From assembly GCA_951406725.2 (NCBI GenBank), contig OX597835.1, forward strand, positions 41,974,001 through 42,038,000: DNA of 64,000 nt, written 5' to 3'. Below are positions 39,592-54,740 of this stretch, in pieces (within the stretch, counting starts at the first letter, position 1; each line of letters begins with the position of its first letter). Under the pieces are notes generated by a model, which was not told the origin of the DNA, ran no database searches, and saw only the letters and a list, made by a program, of their open reading frames with translations. Position numbers and translations under genes: made by a program. The stretch comes from Octopus vulgaris. Taxonomy: Eukaryota.

Positions 39592-40051
39592 TATATATAT
39601 ATAATGTTCAAATGCACAGAAAACAAAAGACAAGACAGGTGAGGGAACAAGGAGCAGGTGTATTAGTTTGACGCTCGGGAAAAATGGAAAAGACTTCGAC
39701 GTTTCGAGCCTGCGCTCTTCGACAGAGAGGTATGAGAAGGAAATGGATAAAGAAAGAAAAAAAAACCTGTCTGGATTCGTGGTTACATATTTTGCAATGA
39801 CCAGAAGGGAGAGGCCAATGTAAGATAACAGTGTGGCACGCAGGCGCGCGTGAATACGTGTAGATGGTGCGTGTGAGTGCATATGTGTGGTGGAGACGAG
39901 CGCATGTATATGTATGAATGGGCGAACACAAGATTATATGAGCATCTGTGTGTGTGTGTGTATGAGCGTGCGTATGGTAGTTTGTGTGTGTATGTGTATT
40001 AGTAAACCAGTACATGCGTTGAGGGTAGTGATGTGTGTGGACATCTATGTA

Positions 40052-40485
40052 ATTATGGGTGACAATTTCATATGACACCGCTAGAAAAAACTGCCATTTT
40101 TCTAGCGGTGTCATATGAAATTGTCACCCATAATTATCACCCTAGTATCGATCTATTGCATTTCAATCTATTTTAGATTTAGGGTTAGGGGTGGGGGAAG
40201 GGTATCTTTCTTTCTTCACAAATGTAAATAAACCCAATGTGTTTCTTAAACGAGGGACATATTCATACGGCACTGAATGCTTTTTAACTCAATAGACGCC
40301 AGTGATTGGTTAAAATTGCCGAAATGCAAGAAATTAAAGACGAAATATGTTACAAACTACAGAATTTTCTCAATAAAGCCAAGAGAAAATGATGTTTTAT
40401 AAATACATTCTACCAGTATACGAAGTTTAAAATTTTTTAGTTACCTAGAAATTGTTAAAAACTGCCGTTCAAACCGAAAAGATCC
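40052..40485 (+). mobile_element. Merlin-type MITE whose left TIR is replaced by a short inverted arm
   Basis: Foldback of about 40 bp centred near 40092; right end AAAAGATCC; flanks TCTATGTA/TCTGTGTA. Confidence 0.78.
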
Positions 40486-40777
40486 TCTGTGTAGGAGTTA
40501 TGAAGCTATTAAATGTGTGTGTATGTACATATGTATATGCGCGCGTGTGTCCGAGTGTGCGTTTGTATGTGAGTGTGTGTGTGTGTGAGGAGAGATGATA
40601 GATTGACAGATAACATCCAAGCAAAATAGCGATGAAGACGATGAATTGACAGAGTCGTTAGAGCGTCGAACAAAACGCCTAGCGGTATTTGTTCCGGCTC
40701 TTTACGTTCTGAGTGTTCAGACAGGTGTGGAGAACTTGTCTTGCTCAAGCTGACAAGATGGAACCCTTGTAAAGGTG

Positions 40778-40823
<46 letters not shown>

Positions 40824-40879
40824 AACAGGAAACTACTTTTGAAGCCTCCCATGGCAAAATCTAGAAGCCCCACAGCGTG

Positions 40880-40924
<45 letters not shown>

Positions 40925-41509
40925 ATTCACACATATACACATACATATATAAATACATATCTTTGCACATTATATGCTTGTATATATACATACAACTGAT
41001 AAACGCATATATACATATATGTATGTGTGTATGTATATGCATGTATTAATACATGTATGTAAATGCATGTGTATATATATAATATATATATATGTACACA
41101 GATTTTATATAATATATATGTATATATACATAATGTTTATAAACACATACGTATATACATATTCATATATGTGTGTGTGTGTGTGCATGTGTGTATGTAT
41201 GTGTAAGGCGCATACACACACATGCATTTACACAGATAGACAGATATAACTATATATGTATGCATACCCCGAGAAAACAATGCCGTAAGCAATATAAAAA
41301 TAACAACGCATATGTAACTGTATTTCTACCGGTATCTGTAGATGCTTATACACCTATATATATATGTGTGTGCGAGAGAGAGTCTGCGCACCCACGCACA
41401 CGTTTGCTAGGGTTTGACGGGGTAGGGCTAGGGGTGTAAATTGTTACCTTTTATTCCGTGGCACGGGAACACAGGAAACAAGTATCAAATAACGTGATGG
41501 CGGCGAGGA

Positions 41510-42130
41510 CGGTGGCGGCGGCGGCGGTGGTAGTGGTGGTGGTGGTGGCAACGGCGTTTGGGATGGTGGTGTTTGTGTTGTTGGTGATATCCGTGTGAAT
41601 GATGATGATGATGATGATGACGGCTGTGGCGACAACGACAACAGTGGTGATGGTGGAGGTGATGGCAAATTAGTATTTGTGGTGATGTTGATGATAGTGA
41701 TGATGGTGGTGATCATGATGATCATGATGATGCTGATGGAGTTTTTACTCCTTGGTGGTGGTGGTGGTGGTGGTGGTGACAACGGCAAAGTCTTGGCGAT
41801 GATAGATGATGTTACTGGTGGTGATGATAATGATGAAATTGATGATGAAAGTGATGATGATGATGATGATGATGAAAGTGATGATGCAGATGATGCTGAT
41901 GATGAAAGTGATGATGATGATGATAATGATGATGATGATCATAATGATGCTGATGATGATGATGAAAGTAATGATGCAGATGACGACAGCGATGGTAGTG
42001 ATGAGTCGACGATGATGGTTGACGATGTTTTCGTTATTTGTTATTATTATTATTATTATTGTTGGTGGTGGTGTCGGCAGAGGAGGCGGCGGCTGACGGC
42101 TGGTGTGGTTGGCGGCGACGGCGCTGCCAA
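41510..42130. repeat. (GGT/GAT)n low-complexity tract
   Basis: Read directly; source of the poly-D and poly-M ORFs. Confidence 0.85.
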
Positions 42131-42315
42131 CGAGGAGGATCTGTACGAGTTGAAATGTTTTTAAAACATTTGTATAAACAAAAGGTGAGTTAGTATTCGG
42201 TGAAGAGTGGAACCCATTGCTTTTCATTAGTAACTTGGATGGATTACACACATATTTCCTTCGCTACTCAACTAGCTTTACTCACTGATTCATAATAATG
42301 CATACTCCCTTTTAA

Positions 42316-42353
<38 letters not shown>

Positions 42354-42538
42354 CCTTTCTTTTCTCTCTGTCTTTCTCCTTCATTCTCTCTCTCTCTGAC
42401 TATGTTTCTGTCTCCCTCTGTCTCTGCTTTCAGCGTTTGTCTGAGATTCTTAAAGATTTCTTACAGGAATCCAGAAATATTTCCCAGACAAACCGACAGA
42501 AAACATGACTAGACACACACACGTGTGCATGTATATAT

Positions 42539-42574
<36 letters not shown>

Positions 42575-42611
42575 ATGGATGTATCTTTCTCTGTCTTTGT
42601 GTATGTGTGTG

Positions 42612-42653
<42 letters not shown>

Positions 42654-44356
42654 TACACACACAAATATTTGTGTGTGTATAATACAGATATATCTATGTA
42701 TATCATATATACATATATATATATGAATGCATATAAACGTGTGTGTGTGTGTGTATTTATATATACACGCGCGCGCACAGTAATATTTATCCTAAATTGC
42801 GTACAATATAACTTCGGTTGGCGTGATTAAACTAAAGATAGTTTGTTGATTTAATGAGTAATATATCATATCATATCATATCATATTATATAATATAATA
42901 TTATATATTATATTATACACACCGTTAATACTTGCCAATAACATCCACATCAACTCGATATCCCGCTTATCATATCGATATCATTGATATCACATATCGA
43001 TATCAACATACCACACACATTAACCGCTGGTGGATGGCGCTACTGGCAATAATGATAATGTCAGACGGAAGCTTTCTATCATATTAGTCTTTCGTTTACC
43101 CGTTCATTGTACGAAGCTGGGGTATATTAATGTTCAACTGTTGGAGATTAAATGTGTGTTGTGATGAAAGTTGGCAGATAAACGGACGACGCGCGGCTGT
43201 TGCGGTTAAAGAGGAAGCTCGCTCTGCCATCACGTGCTTTCGGCTTTCAGCCCCGCAGTGCGGTAATTTGTGCAAACATCCTTGTGCCTTCTGCTATAGA
43301 CCCCTAACCAACAAATGATGCCTTGTGAGTGAATTTGGTAGATGGAAACGATATAGAACCCACCCCCCGTCATATATATGTATACTTCTCCTGGCCTCTC
43401 GTATTTTCTACTTTCTCGACCGATCATTTTTTCACCTTTAGCTATATTCTTTCATCCTTCCAGTTCCATTGGATATTTTCCATTCCGTTACATAAACACA
43501 CGTCTTGTCTTTTCTCGGGGCCCCACGGCCATTAATTTGTTTGCATAACGTATAATTAATTTTGTTTGTATAATTACATCTATAGCGGTGCTATATTCGT
43601 ATTTCTTTTCGACAAGTCATCATCGTTCGCTCAATATTCCCAGCAGCTATTTGCTGTTGACGCCACCAAAACATGAACAATATCGTTAAAGGCCTGAAAT
43701 TGTAATGGTTTTTTGAACGATAATTGACGTGGAAAGAGCATGGCCATGTTTTGTGTGTGAACTTTCCGTTCGTTCCTTATTGTGTTTCTGTTAAATCTTT
43801 TAAAACTATACCCATGCGAGGGTTTTAAGTCGAATGCCTTTTGCACAATACCAGACCAAATCTCGCTTGCAATATTAAGGAACCCAGAGACAAGCTAAGT
43901 GCACGATGTCCAGTTTAGTAGAGCAGCGGGTTTTATATACAGGTTAGCCTTCTCTTATTGAGATGTGTGTGTGTGTATGTGTGTGTTTGCCTCCCACCCA
44001 ACACCACTTGACAACCGGTACTAGTTTGTTTATGTCGTCGTAATCCAGTAGCGTTCGGAAAAAAAGATTGATGGAATATGTACCAGACTTTATAAAAATT
44101 AGTGCTGGGTTCGATTTGTTCGACTAAAACCCTTCAAGGCGGTACCCCAGCATGGCCGCAGTACAATAAATGAAACAAGTAAAAGGTAACGGATAAAGGC
44201 AATTTGGTTCCATTGGGAAGATTATATTTGCCATTAACTGTGTCTGGGATGTTTGAGATTGTGTTTTAAAATGTAGCGAGGTTTCAACATAGATTGAAAC
44301 CATCTCGCTCAGATTCACGGTTCAAAGCTAGTGCTTAATTATATGTTGATTAAATA

Positions 44357-44587
44357 GGCGGCGAGCTGGCAGAACCGTTAGCACGCCGGGCGAAATGCGT
44401 AGCCGTATTTCGTCTGCTGTTACGTTCTGAGTTCAAATTCCGCCGAGGTCGACTTTGCCTTTCATCCTTTCGGGGTCGATAAATTAAGTACCAGTTACGC
44501 ACTGGGTTCGATGTAATCGACTTAATCCGTTTGTCTGTCCTTGTTTGTCCCCTCTGTGTTTAGCCCCTTGTGGGTAGTAAAGAAATA
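44357..44587 (+). mobile_element. Full-length SINE A (long tail) with 17-bp TSD
   Basis: GGCGGCGAGCTGGCAGAA...GGTAGTAAAGAAAT; TSD TATAT(G/T)TTGATTAAATA at 44340-44356 and 44588-44604. Confidence 0.92.
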
Positions 44588-45769
44588 TATATTTTGATTA
44601 AATAAAAAAAAAAAAAGGTGTGATCAGCTTCGTGAACTTTAAAAAAAAGCATGAACGTTTACACGAAAATGCCTTTCGACACATCCGTATCGGCTGGCAT
44701 GCAACTGGGAAGGTGGTAATGTGAAAGAAATGTTACGTGAATTACCCCACCCTCACCCTCCACACACAAAATTGTTTTTTTCCGAAGGTTCTAGAAGCTT
44801 TGCTTGCGGTTATAAAAAGTTAGAGTATTGAACCGCAAAACAGAATTCTCTCAGGTGTTGCACAGAACTTATCGCTCAGTTCTATGAAAGATGTTTTCTC
44901 TTTCTCCTACTTATTTTGCATTTTGGCGGTCACGATGCTTTTGCGTATCCCCGTGACTGTCGCCATCTAATTCCATTGTTGTGAATTTTAATTAGGATCT
45001 TGAGTCATAGCGAGTCTTTCATTGGCTGATTACACAACCATGGACGCTGGATGTGTTGCAGTTACTCTCTTGATAGATCTTGGTGATCATGACCGTTGAT
45101 CTTCTGGGATTCCACCGCTCAACATCTATGTAAGAAGCTCAGCTCTTCCATTGCCTCTTCACAACCCGCCATGCTGCTTTCGCGGTTTCCCATGATTCTG
45201 CCACCATCCGATTCCAGTATTATGAACTTGAATTGGAAACTTGAGTGTTACTGAATCTACTGATCACACAAACATGGATGCGTTGCTGTTACCCTCTTTA
45301 TAGAACTTGGTGATCCCGACCATTGATCTTCTAGAATTCCTCTGTTCGGCTTCAATGCAAGAAGTACCATTATCTCCGTTGAGCGCTTCATAATCCATCA
45401 TGCTGTAGTCCCATGACTTCACCGAATCCCTGGCAGGGTGGCTGAACGGGTGCTATGCCTTGCCGAAAGACAACCCATAACTAAGCAGGGCACGGTTGTC
45501 AGTCCGTGAGGTATTTTCGAAATACCTGCATAACATGCTTTATATATCATGTTCAACGAAAGGTTATCAACCTTGTGTTGTAGGTTTTGTGCCGACATAC
45601 ATCAATATCTATAAACATGCAAATATTTTTCCATATTATTCCTTCTGCCTATCTTTATATTTGCTTTTTATTCTTACTAATAACCAGTCACTTCATCGTT
45701 TTTCCATTCATATTTGGGTCTTCTTTGTCACTTTGCTCTTCTGAACCATCAATAATTTCTAGTAATTCC

Positions 45770-46400
45770 TCACGTTGTCTGCCAAGAATGCTTTATCATC
45801 GACATATCTCATATTGTGTATGTTCATGCCATTGTCTGTGGGTTGTTTGATCTCATTTGACTCTCTTTGACTATATAGTTATTAAATAGGTATGATGATA
45901 ATACACATCCTTGCCTTACACCTCTTTTGCTCTCAACTGATTGTAACAATTCGTAGACCATTTTGACGACTACTTTTTCGTTCCGTATAACACACAGATA
46001 ATTCTGATATCCTTTCCTTCTTATAGAACTTTTTTTCTAAAGAGGGGATGAGCACCATGTGGTGTATGCAGTTAAACACTTTGGCATAATCCATGAAGCA
46101 AGTCAATAGAGCTTATCTTATATATACAATAAAATTATAAGAATAGATTGTAAGAAGTTAGTCAGTGTTACATATGTTTCAGTAGCAAGGCATTTATTTT
46201 TGAGCTAGACTGTTGAAGCCGAATGTGGCATGTCATGTACTCCGTTGGCCTTAAATCCAAATTGGTCCTCATTAACTTCTGCATTTATTTGGCATTTTAT
46301 TCTTCCTTGTATGATTGCGTGAAATACTTTAAGAACGTGACATGAGATCAGAGCACTCGTTGGTTTGGGGGATTTTTCGGCATAGGAATTAATATTATCA
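45770..46400 (-). pseudogene. Degenerate RTE-type reverse transcriptase fragment
   Basis: LISCHVLKVF..EDQFGF, CFMDYAKVF and GVRQGCVLSSYLFN motifs. Confidence 0.72.
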
Positions 46401-46739
46401 ATCTCATGTCTCATGCTATTAAAATATTTTTCAGTCATACGAGGAAGAAAAAAAAGCAAGCAAACCAAATGCAGAAATCAGTGAGAAGCAATTTGGATTT
46501 TGGTTATTAGTAAGACAAAACAAAACGGAGTAAATAAAACGGTATACAGACGGACACTTGAACAAGTAAAAAGAACTTCAAGTATTTAGGACCTATTTCG
46601 GCTGACAAACGGCCTTCAGGAACGAATTAAATTCGTAAACCGGGGTTCCAATGTATTTTACACAGTATAAACCTTTAAACATCACATGCACGTCTACACG
46701 TAATTATTCGCCCCGCACCAGTGAAATTTATTCATTGTA

Positions 46740-47110
46740 CTCTCTTTACTCTTTACTCTTTTACTTGTTTCAGTCATTTGACTGCCGCCATGCTGGAGCA
46801 CCGCCTTTAGTCGAGCAAATCGACCCCGAGACTTATTCTTTTGTAAGCCCAGTACTTATTCTATCGGTCTCTTTTGCCGAACCGCTAAGTAACGGGGACG
46901 TAAACACACCAGCATCGGTTGTCAAGCAATGCTAGGGGGACAAACACAGACACACAAACACACACATGCATACATATATATATACATATATACGACGGGC
47001 TTCTTTCAGCTTCCGTCTACCAAATCCACTCATAAAGCACTGGTCGACCCGAGGCCATAGCAGAAGCCACTTGCCCAAGATGTCACGCAGTGGGACTGAA
47101 CCCAGAACCC
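46740..47110 (-). mobile_element. SINE family B
   Basis: Reverse complement of 57858-58263. Confidence 0.85.
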
Positions 47111-47161
<51 letters not shown>

Positions 47162-48631
47162 TCAAACGTGAGAAGCTTGATCCCCAACTACATGATATCG
47201 GGTTCAGATATATAATCTACAACTGTTTGGAATAATGAATATCAGGAAATACATAACATTAATTGTTGGGTCATTCATGTTTATGAAAACAGTCTCTTAC
47301 TTTTTTACAGCTTCTTCTACCTTTCACTTCTATCTTATCACAACCTCACTTTGGATGATGCAGAGGGGCTGGCAGAGGACCAACAGCGATGGAGAGTACT
47401 TGTGGACTTGATTGGCTCTATGCATGATGGTGTCTCTAGGACCTCTTAACCTGGGGTGATCCCAGCCCTCTCAAGCAAGATCAGGAAGCATTAAGCAAGA
47501 GGTTGGCTCGCACGCATTTTTACTGACACGGAGCACATTCATATCTACAAGTTGAAACCTGAAAATTTGAAAAAAAAAAAAAAAATTGTGATGTGTGTGG
47601 GTATATATATGTGCGAGCCCACCAACTTTTTCACATTCAGTTCCAATATAATCGTAATTTTAACCATCTGAAAGGTATTTGTAGGAAACTTCATTAAAAA
47701 ATACCGCTTTTTCTGAAAGTTTTGAGGAAAAAAAGTCGAAGCATTTGAATTTTCCGAAACTCCTCTCCGAATTTTGTTTTTATAATAAATTCCGATATAA
47801 CCGACATTTACACCATCTGAAGTGTATTTGTAGAAAATTTCATTAAAAGATATCCATTTCTTTTAATGTTATGAAGAAACAAAGTCGGTGGATGGGGGAT
47901 GACATTTGTGTAGGTCTGCCGAAAAAGTTATTTTGTTGCACGAAAGAGGAGAGATCTTTCTAGTGAGGGTTTCTGCCGGAAACCACAAATCTTTCTGGTT
48001 GGTCCCTCCCAAACTGAATTATTCCTCGCTGCTAAATGTTTCATATTTACTATTTGTAGGAAGAGGCAGTCTCTAGTTTCCCAGGATTCTTATGTTTCTA
48101 GTCGATATCAATTTTAGCTTCCGAACTGTTGGATAGATAATGATATAGTTCCGGCAAGGTCGTTTTTGCCTTTCATCCTTTCAGGATCGATAAATTAAGT
48201 ACCAGTTGCGTACTGAGGTCGATCTAATCGACTGTCCCCCTCCTTCAAAATTTCGAACCTTGTGCCTAGAGTAGAAAAGGAATTGCTGGCCTTGTGCCAA
48301 AATCTGAAACCGATATGTTAAGTTGCTGTTTAGGGGTTCAAACGCAACAGGAGATGAATTTGTCTTTCATTCCCCAGGGTTAGAAGATACCAGTAGTATA
48401 CTCGTGTTGAATTAGTCGACTACATCTTTTTCTCCTACATACACGCATGCATGTATATATTTTTATTCTCTCTCTCTCAATTCTCAACACATATACAAGC
48501 ATATATTCATACACATACATACAGATGCACACACATATATACATACACACACGCACACATATATTACATATTACGCACACACATACACACGTCCATATAT
48601 ATGCATGTTTGCACACACAAATATATATGTA

Positions 48632-48996
48632 CTAGCACTATGACCCGGCGTTGCCGGGTCATAGTACTAGTGCATGCATATACAGCTGCGTGCGTGCGCA
48701 CATACCCGTGAGTACTGTCCGAATCTCCGACCAATCACATACAGCTAGCTGGCATTCAATTGGCGTATCAAGTTTCGGGCGTGTTGATTGGGTTTTGGAT
48801 AGAAAATTTACAAAAAAGTCACTTCTATTGATTTTTTAATGGCTTTGTGGGTGACTGGGGAAATGTAAAGATGTGCACGACCACCTTTGGGTGGGTTTGA
48901 ATGACTATAGAAAGTGCGAGCCCTCTAACTGAAAAATTGTGGATTTGTATGAAGGACATACACACACAGACATTTTGCCGTTTATATATATAAAGA
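48632..48996 (-). mobile_element. Non-autonomous Helitron (same family as 39222)
   Basis: Same hairpin and CTAG end; TC start on the minus strand. Confidence 0.82.
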
Positions 48997-49619
48997 TGTA
49001 CGTGTTTACAGAGTGCATGTATGTGTGCGCACGTATTTTTATGTAGGCGTGTGTATCTGTATCTATATATCGTATGAATGTCTGTCTGTATGTATATATG
49101 TTTGTATGTATGTACGTATGCATGCATGCACCAACACCAGGTGTGCGGTTCCGGTGCCTGCACACGTACCAGGTGTTGACAAGATTGAAACAAACCGCTC
49201 ACACCACGACGGTTTAATTTTGGGTTTTACGTTTGACGTCAGGTTGTGTACAAAGACAATTGAAATATTAAACTGGGAAACGACCCGGTAGTTTTTAGGA
49301 GAGAGTGCACGAGGACATGTTTACTAAAGTTTTACAAATAGTAAACTTAACTCCTTGTAACAATTTACAAATGCATACATGCATATATAAATATATATAA
49401 ACATATGGCTACGGCCATGCTAGGGCACCGCCTTGAAGAATTTATAGTCGAATGTGTCGACCATAGGACTTCTTTATAAAGCCTGGTACTTATTCTATCG
49501 ATCTCGTTTGCCTAACCGCTAAGTTACGGGCGACGTAGACACAACACCGGTTTTCTAGCGATGGAGGGGGGACAAACACACACACACACACACATATACA
49601 TACATCCACACAACAGCCC

Positions 49620-50860
49620 ACTAACTATTCTACCACCTCGAAGAACCACATAGTAAAGTTTAACAAGAAACTATACATGCAGGTTCAAGGTACAGCCATT
49701 GGTGTCGGTGTAGCTGGAGATATGGCTGGCCTCTTCATAACCTGGTGGGACAGAAAACTTAAGCAGTCCTTTGCAGAACCCTCTACAACTCTTCTACTTT
49801 ACAATAGCTATGTAGATGACATTAATATCATAGTTAAGACCAACTCTAGTAACGGTAATGTAGAAACTGAGAGGGACATAATGAATAGGATACAGCAAGT
49901 AGCTAACTCCAACCACTAAAGTATTAGGATAACTATAGATTTCCCACTAGGCAACCCAACAATAGACACCACGTCTTTGATACTGAACGTTGGTTAGAGA
50001 CTGTGAACAACAGAGTGCAGCTCCTCCACTCCTATTACATCAAAGCCATAGCTTCGAAATATGTTGTTCACAAGAGCTCAGCTTTGTCACACAACAGACA
50101 GCAGATTTAGGATAATGAACAACGTGTCCCCACTATGCGAACTCTATGAAACGAAGAAACATGTACAGAACTTCATGCACCGCATGCAATTCTCTGGATA
50201 TGATCAGAAAGATACGGTTCGGGTATACAGGTGTGCTAGAAAGAAGTTAGTTCAAATTATATGTAATGAAACCAATGATACCTGCCCTAGATACAGAAGC
50301 AAAGACTGGAATAGGAGACAAAGAGCTTGTGACAAAGCAAACAGGGTGATCACGTGGTATAAAACCGACAAATATCAAGGAGTGATGTTTGTAGAGGCCA
50401 CAGCCCATGGAAAACTAGCCCGTAGGTTTAGGAAAACGTTGAAGGAGACCAATCTCAACATTAAGATTGTTGAAAAGCCAGGGAGCTCCATCCTATCACA
50501 ACTATGTAGAACGTACTCCTTTGAGAATACCATATGCACCAATGATAACTGCATGATATGTAGGATTAGTCCTGGCATTAACTATAGAACTAGAAATGTA
50601 GTCTTCAGTATAAGGGTGCATAGAAGGTGCTTGTAAAGACAAGAACATGACATACATAGGGGAGACATCTAGGAGCATTGTGGAAAGACTAAATGAACAT
50701 TTGAGACAATATGATGACAAAAAACAGTCCTCCATACTCTACCAACATGGAGGAAACATGGGTCAACTTGACATCTGCATTTTATCCAAGCACCCAAAGG
50801 ACCCAACACTCAGACAAATACGTCCCCATAAATGAAACATCCCCAGTACTAAATAGGAAA
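49620..50860 (+). pseudogene. Penelope-like element RT C-terminus plus GIY-YIG endonuclease, degenerate
   Basis: YMQVQGTAIG, YVDDI, Cys linker CTNDNCMIC and TYIGETSRSIVERLNEH; several frameshifts and stops. Confidence 0.85.
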
Positions 50861-51279
50861 TATACGTAGTAGATACTCATACTCCCATACCTACAGTTTA
50901 TATTTATATACAAGTAGAATAGTTATGAAGGGCTGTTATGTAGATATATGTATGTATGTATGTGTTTGTGTGTGTGTGTGTGTGTATATATGCACATGTA
51001 TGTAGGCAGATGGATATGAAAGTAAACAGATAGTCATACTGACGGATAGGTACATAGGTGATATGAACAGACAAGCACATACGCAAATGAAGGCTGAAAC
51101 ACATGACCATATACACACACACACACTTCACTACACACAAGGACACATATGCAAACACACGTCCACACCTATGGAGATACACATCCATACATAGAGACAC
51201 AGTACATAGTCACAAAAGCCTATATATACACACATTCAGACATGCACACACAAGGAGACAGAGGTACACATACACACAT

Positions 51280-51315
<36 letters not shown>

Positions 51316-51895
51316 AGAAACACATGAATATGCAGAATACATACATACAAACGTACACACATACATCCATATATACATACGCACAGACACACACACATCA
51401 TCATCATCATTGTTCAACCGTGGTCGAGACAATGGAATTTACCATGCTACGCCAGACTTCACGGTCCATCATAGCACTACGGAGGTCCTGTTGCTGGATG
51501 CCTGTATCCCTGGAGATTACATCTGGGTAAGAGAGTGTGCGCCCTCTGGTATCGCGAGCAGATGGCTTCCAGAAGAGAAGAGTATAAATTACCTCGTTTT
51601 CATCTCTGCAACAATGTCCAGCAAACTGGACGCTCCTACCTTTCACACACACACACACATACATGCATGCATACACGCATGCATGCATACATACATACAT
51701 ACATACATACATACATACATACATACATACATACATACATACATACATACATGCGCATGCGCACACACTGACCTACACACTGATCGCGCAAACAAACAAA
51801 AAGAACGCAGCTTGAATAACGGACAGAGTCAACAACTATTGAAAAGGTTGCAAAGACGCAACGAAAATTTTAGAAAAATAATTAAGTAAATGAGA

Positions 51896-51953
<58 letters not shown>

Positions 51954-53389
51954 GCTTAAAAGCCACTCGAGAGGGCGGCTTTTAAGCTAGCTCCTGTGGA
52001 GGGCTCTTCATTGGGTTTTGGGCCCAACAATGACACTTCACGCATTGAGTACATATTAAATTTTATTAAACTTGAACAATATTTTTCAAGCAATGAACAA
52101 TTTTCATCAAAACAATGATATAATTTGTCGACTTGAAACTTATTGCAAAGCTGCATGATAACATTTTTGTGTCTCCCTATTCGGAGTCAGTTGTTTCCAT
52201 TCCCTACCCTTGAACAGCCAACATATAGCTGGCCGTAGGCAACAATAAGCTTACCTTTTGAAAGCTCAACGATAACTCTTCTGTCGCAACTTAATTTAAA
52301 GACAATTTGATGTACGTAGGGCCTTATTTTTCGTACAAACAACTATTAGTAGTAGCTGGTATGTATCTAAACTCCTGTTCATAGTTTGAAGGAAAATTAC
52401 ACCACTGTTGCTAAACACTGTTTTAAAGTGTAATTTTTATGGTTTTGAATTGCTCTAAACGTATTTGACCATAAAGATGTTTGAAATTTAGTATTTTTTA
52501 GTATTTTTTAAGGTAATAATAAAATTAGTCGAGTCTACTTTCATGCAGTCGGAGTACGCTAAGTTTCCATAGCTCCGACTGCCGACGGCATGAAAATAGG
52601 CCTGACAAATTTTATTAATATCTGAAAAAAGGAGGAGTAAAGCATGAGGAATAGTAGAAAAGTCATTAAATCATGAGAGAGGGGTAAAGCATGAGGAATA
52701 GTAGAAGTGTCACTGGAAGAATAAAGTTGAAAATGTGTGACACACTGATATTCGCTTTCGCATTTTTTTTATTATTATAGATATGCCGTAATATATTTGT
52801 AGGTCGACTTTGCCTTTCATCCTTTCGGGGTCGATAAATTAAGTACCAGTTACGTAATGGAATCGATCTAATCGACCCAAAATTTTCCCCAAAACTTCGG
52901 ACCTTGTGCCTAGAGTAGAAAAGAATATATTTGCAGTTTAATAAAGCATTAGATGGAAACTCTTAGTGAAAGCACCAAGTTGTAAGCAATCAAATTCCAT
53001 TTTCTAGTTCTTTGCACACTAGAAAACTTATTGTTCTTGAAGCATGAAAACCAAATGTTAAACAGGTCTGCCAATTATTCTCTTCATGCCATCATACATA
53101 CACATACATCCTTAAATAGCGGAATAACTTAACAATATGGGGTTTTATGTTAAAACCAAGGGACCAGATATTTATTTTATTATAAATGCAAAACAACACC
53201 ATGGAGGAATCGGCGTAAGCTTAAATAATAAACCACCACATGGCGAGCGATTACTGTAATTAGTAATGGATTTAGAGTGGCGTCATTTTCTTAGTTAATT
53301 TAATAATTAAATGCCTGTATAAAACTTTTAACGATGTCTCAATTGAATACATATTTTTCATGCAACTGAAAAAAAACCCGCATGACCCA

Positions 53390-53437
<48 letters not shown>

Positions 53438-53673
53438 CACAGCTGCACCCTCGTTATACGAGAAAAGACATTGCCAAAAACACTTGCTGGAATGATTCAT
53501 TATTGATGACTTTTGAGCCCAAACAAAGTTTTACGCATTTATTTAACATGTTTTTTCAGACATCCAACTGAGAAGCACACCATTCCACATTTTGCACGTG
53601 TTCCGTTGTGAATTGTAATAGCCACATCACTGTTTATCATGGATCGATTCCTGTGAGATTTTATATATATATA

Positions 53674-54040
53674 CTAGCACTACGACCCGGCAACGCCGGG
53701 TCATAATGCTAGTGCATGCATATACAGCTGCGTGCGCACATACACGCGAGTACAGTCCAAATCTCCCACCAATCACATACAGCTAGCTGTCATTCAATTG
53801 GTGTATCAAGTTTCGGACATTTTAATTGGGTTTTGGATAGAAAATTCACAAAAAAGTAACTTCTATTGATTTTTTAATGGCTTTGCGGGGTGACTGGGGA
53901 AATGTAAAGATGTGCACGACCACCCATGAACGGTTCTGAATGACCATAGAAAGTGCGAGCCCTCTAACTGAAAAATTGTGGATATGTATAAAGGACACAC
54001 ACACACACACACACGTTTTGCAGTCTATATATATATATAT
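53674..54040 (-). mobile_element. Non-autonomous Helitron (same family)
   Basis: CTAGCACTACGACCCGGCAACGCCGGGTCATAATGCTAG hairpin end. Confidence 0.8.
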
Positions 54041-54220
54041 ATCTTTCACTTGTTTCAGTTGTTAGACAGCGGCTATTCTGGAGCACGGCTTTGAAGAATT
54101 TTCAGCCGGATGAACCGTCCTCAGCACTTATTTTAAGCCTAGTACTTATGCTATCGGTGGTGTTTACCGAACCGCTAAGTTACGGAAATGTAAACACACC
54201 AACATTACATTATATATATT

Positions 54221-54383
54221 GGCGTAGGAGTGGCTGTGTGGTAAGTAGTTTGCTTACCAACCACATGGTTCCGGGTTCAGTCCCACTGTGTGACACCTTG
54301 GGCAAGTGTCTTCTACTGTAGCCTCGGGCCGACCGAAGCTTTGTGAGTGGATTTGGTAGACGGAAACTGAAAGAAGCTCATCC

Positions 54384-54414
<31 letters not shown>

Positions 54415-54740
54415 TTTCACGTTCCCGTTTTTCATGTTGTGTACGTTTTTTGACGTCCTGTACCTTTATATGAATGTGTATATACATATATAAGTATGTG
54501 TATGTATGCATATATATATTATTGACATTATATATGTGTGTGTGCGTGTTTGTGTTTGTCCCCTCACCATCGCTTGACAACCGATGGTGGTGTATTTACG
54601 TCCCCCTAACTTAGCGGTTTCGGCAAAAGACATCGATAAAATAAGTATTAGGCTTACAAAAAAAAAACAGTTCTGGGATCGATTTGTTCGCCTAAAGGCG
54701 GTGCTACAGCATGGCCACAGTCAAATAAAAGAATAAAAGA
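54221..54740 (+). mobile_element. SINE family B with an internal insert
   Basis: GGCGTAGGAGTGGCTGTGTGGTAAG head; B-box GGGTTCAGTCCC. Confidence 0.82.

Noticed and set aside
44357-44445. tRNA gene
   Set aside because: A and B boxes are present, but the sequence runs on into a SINE body and has TSDs.
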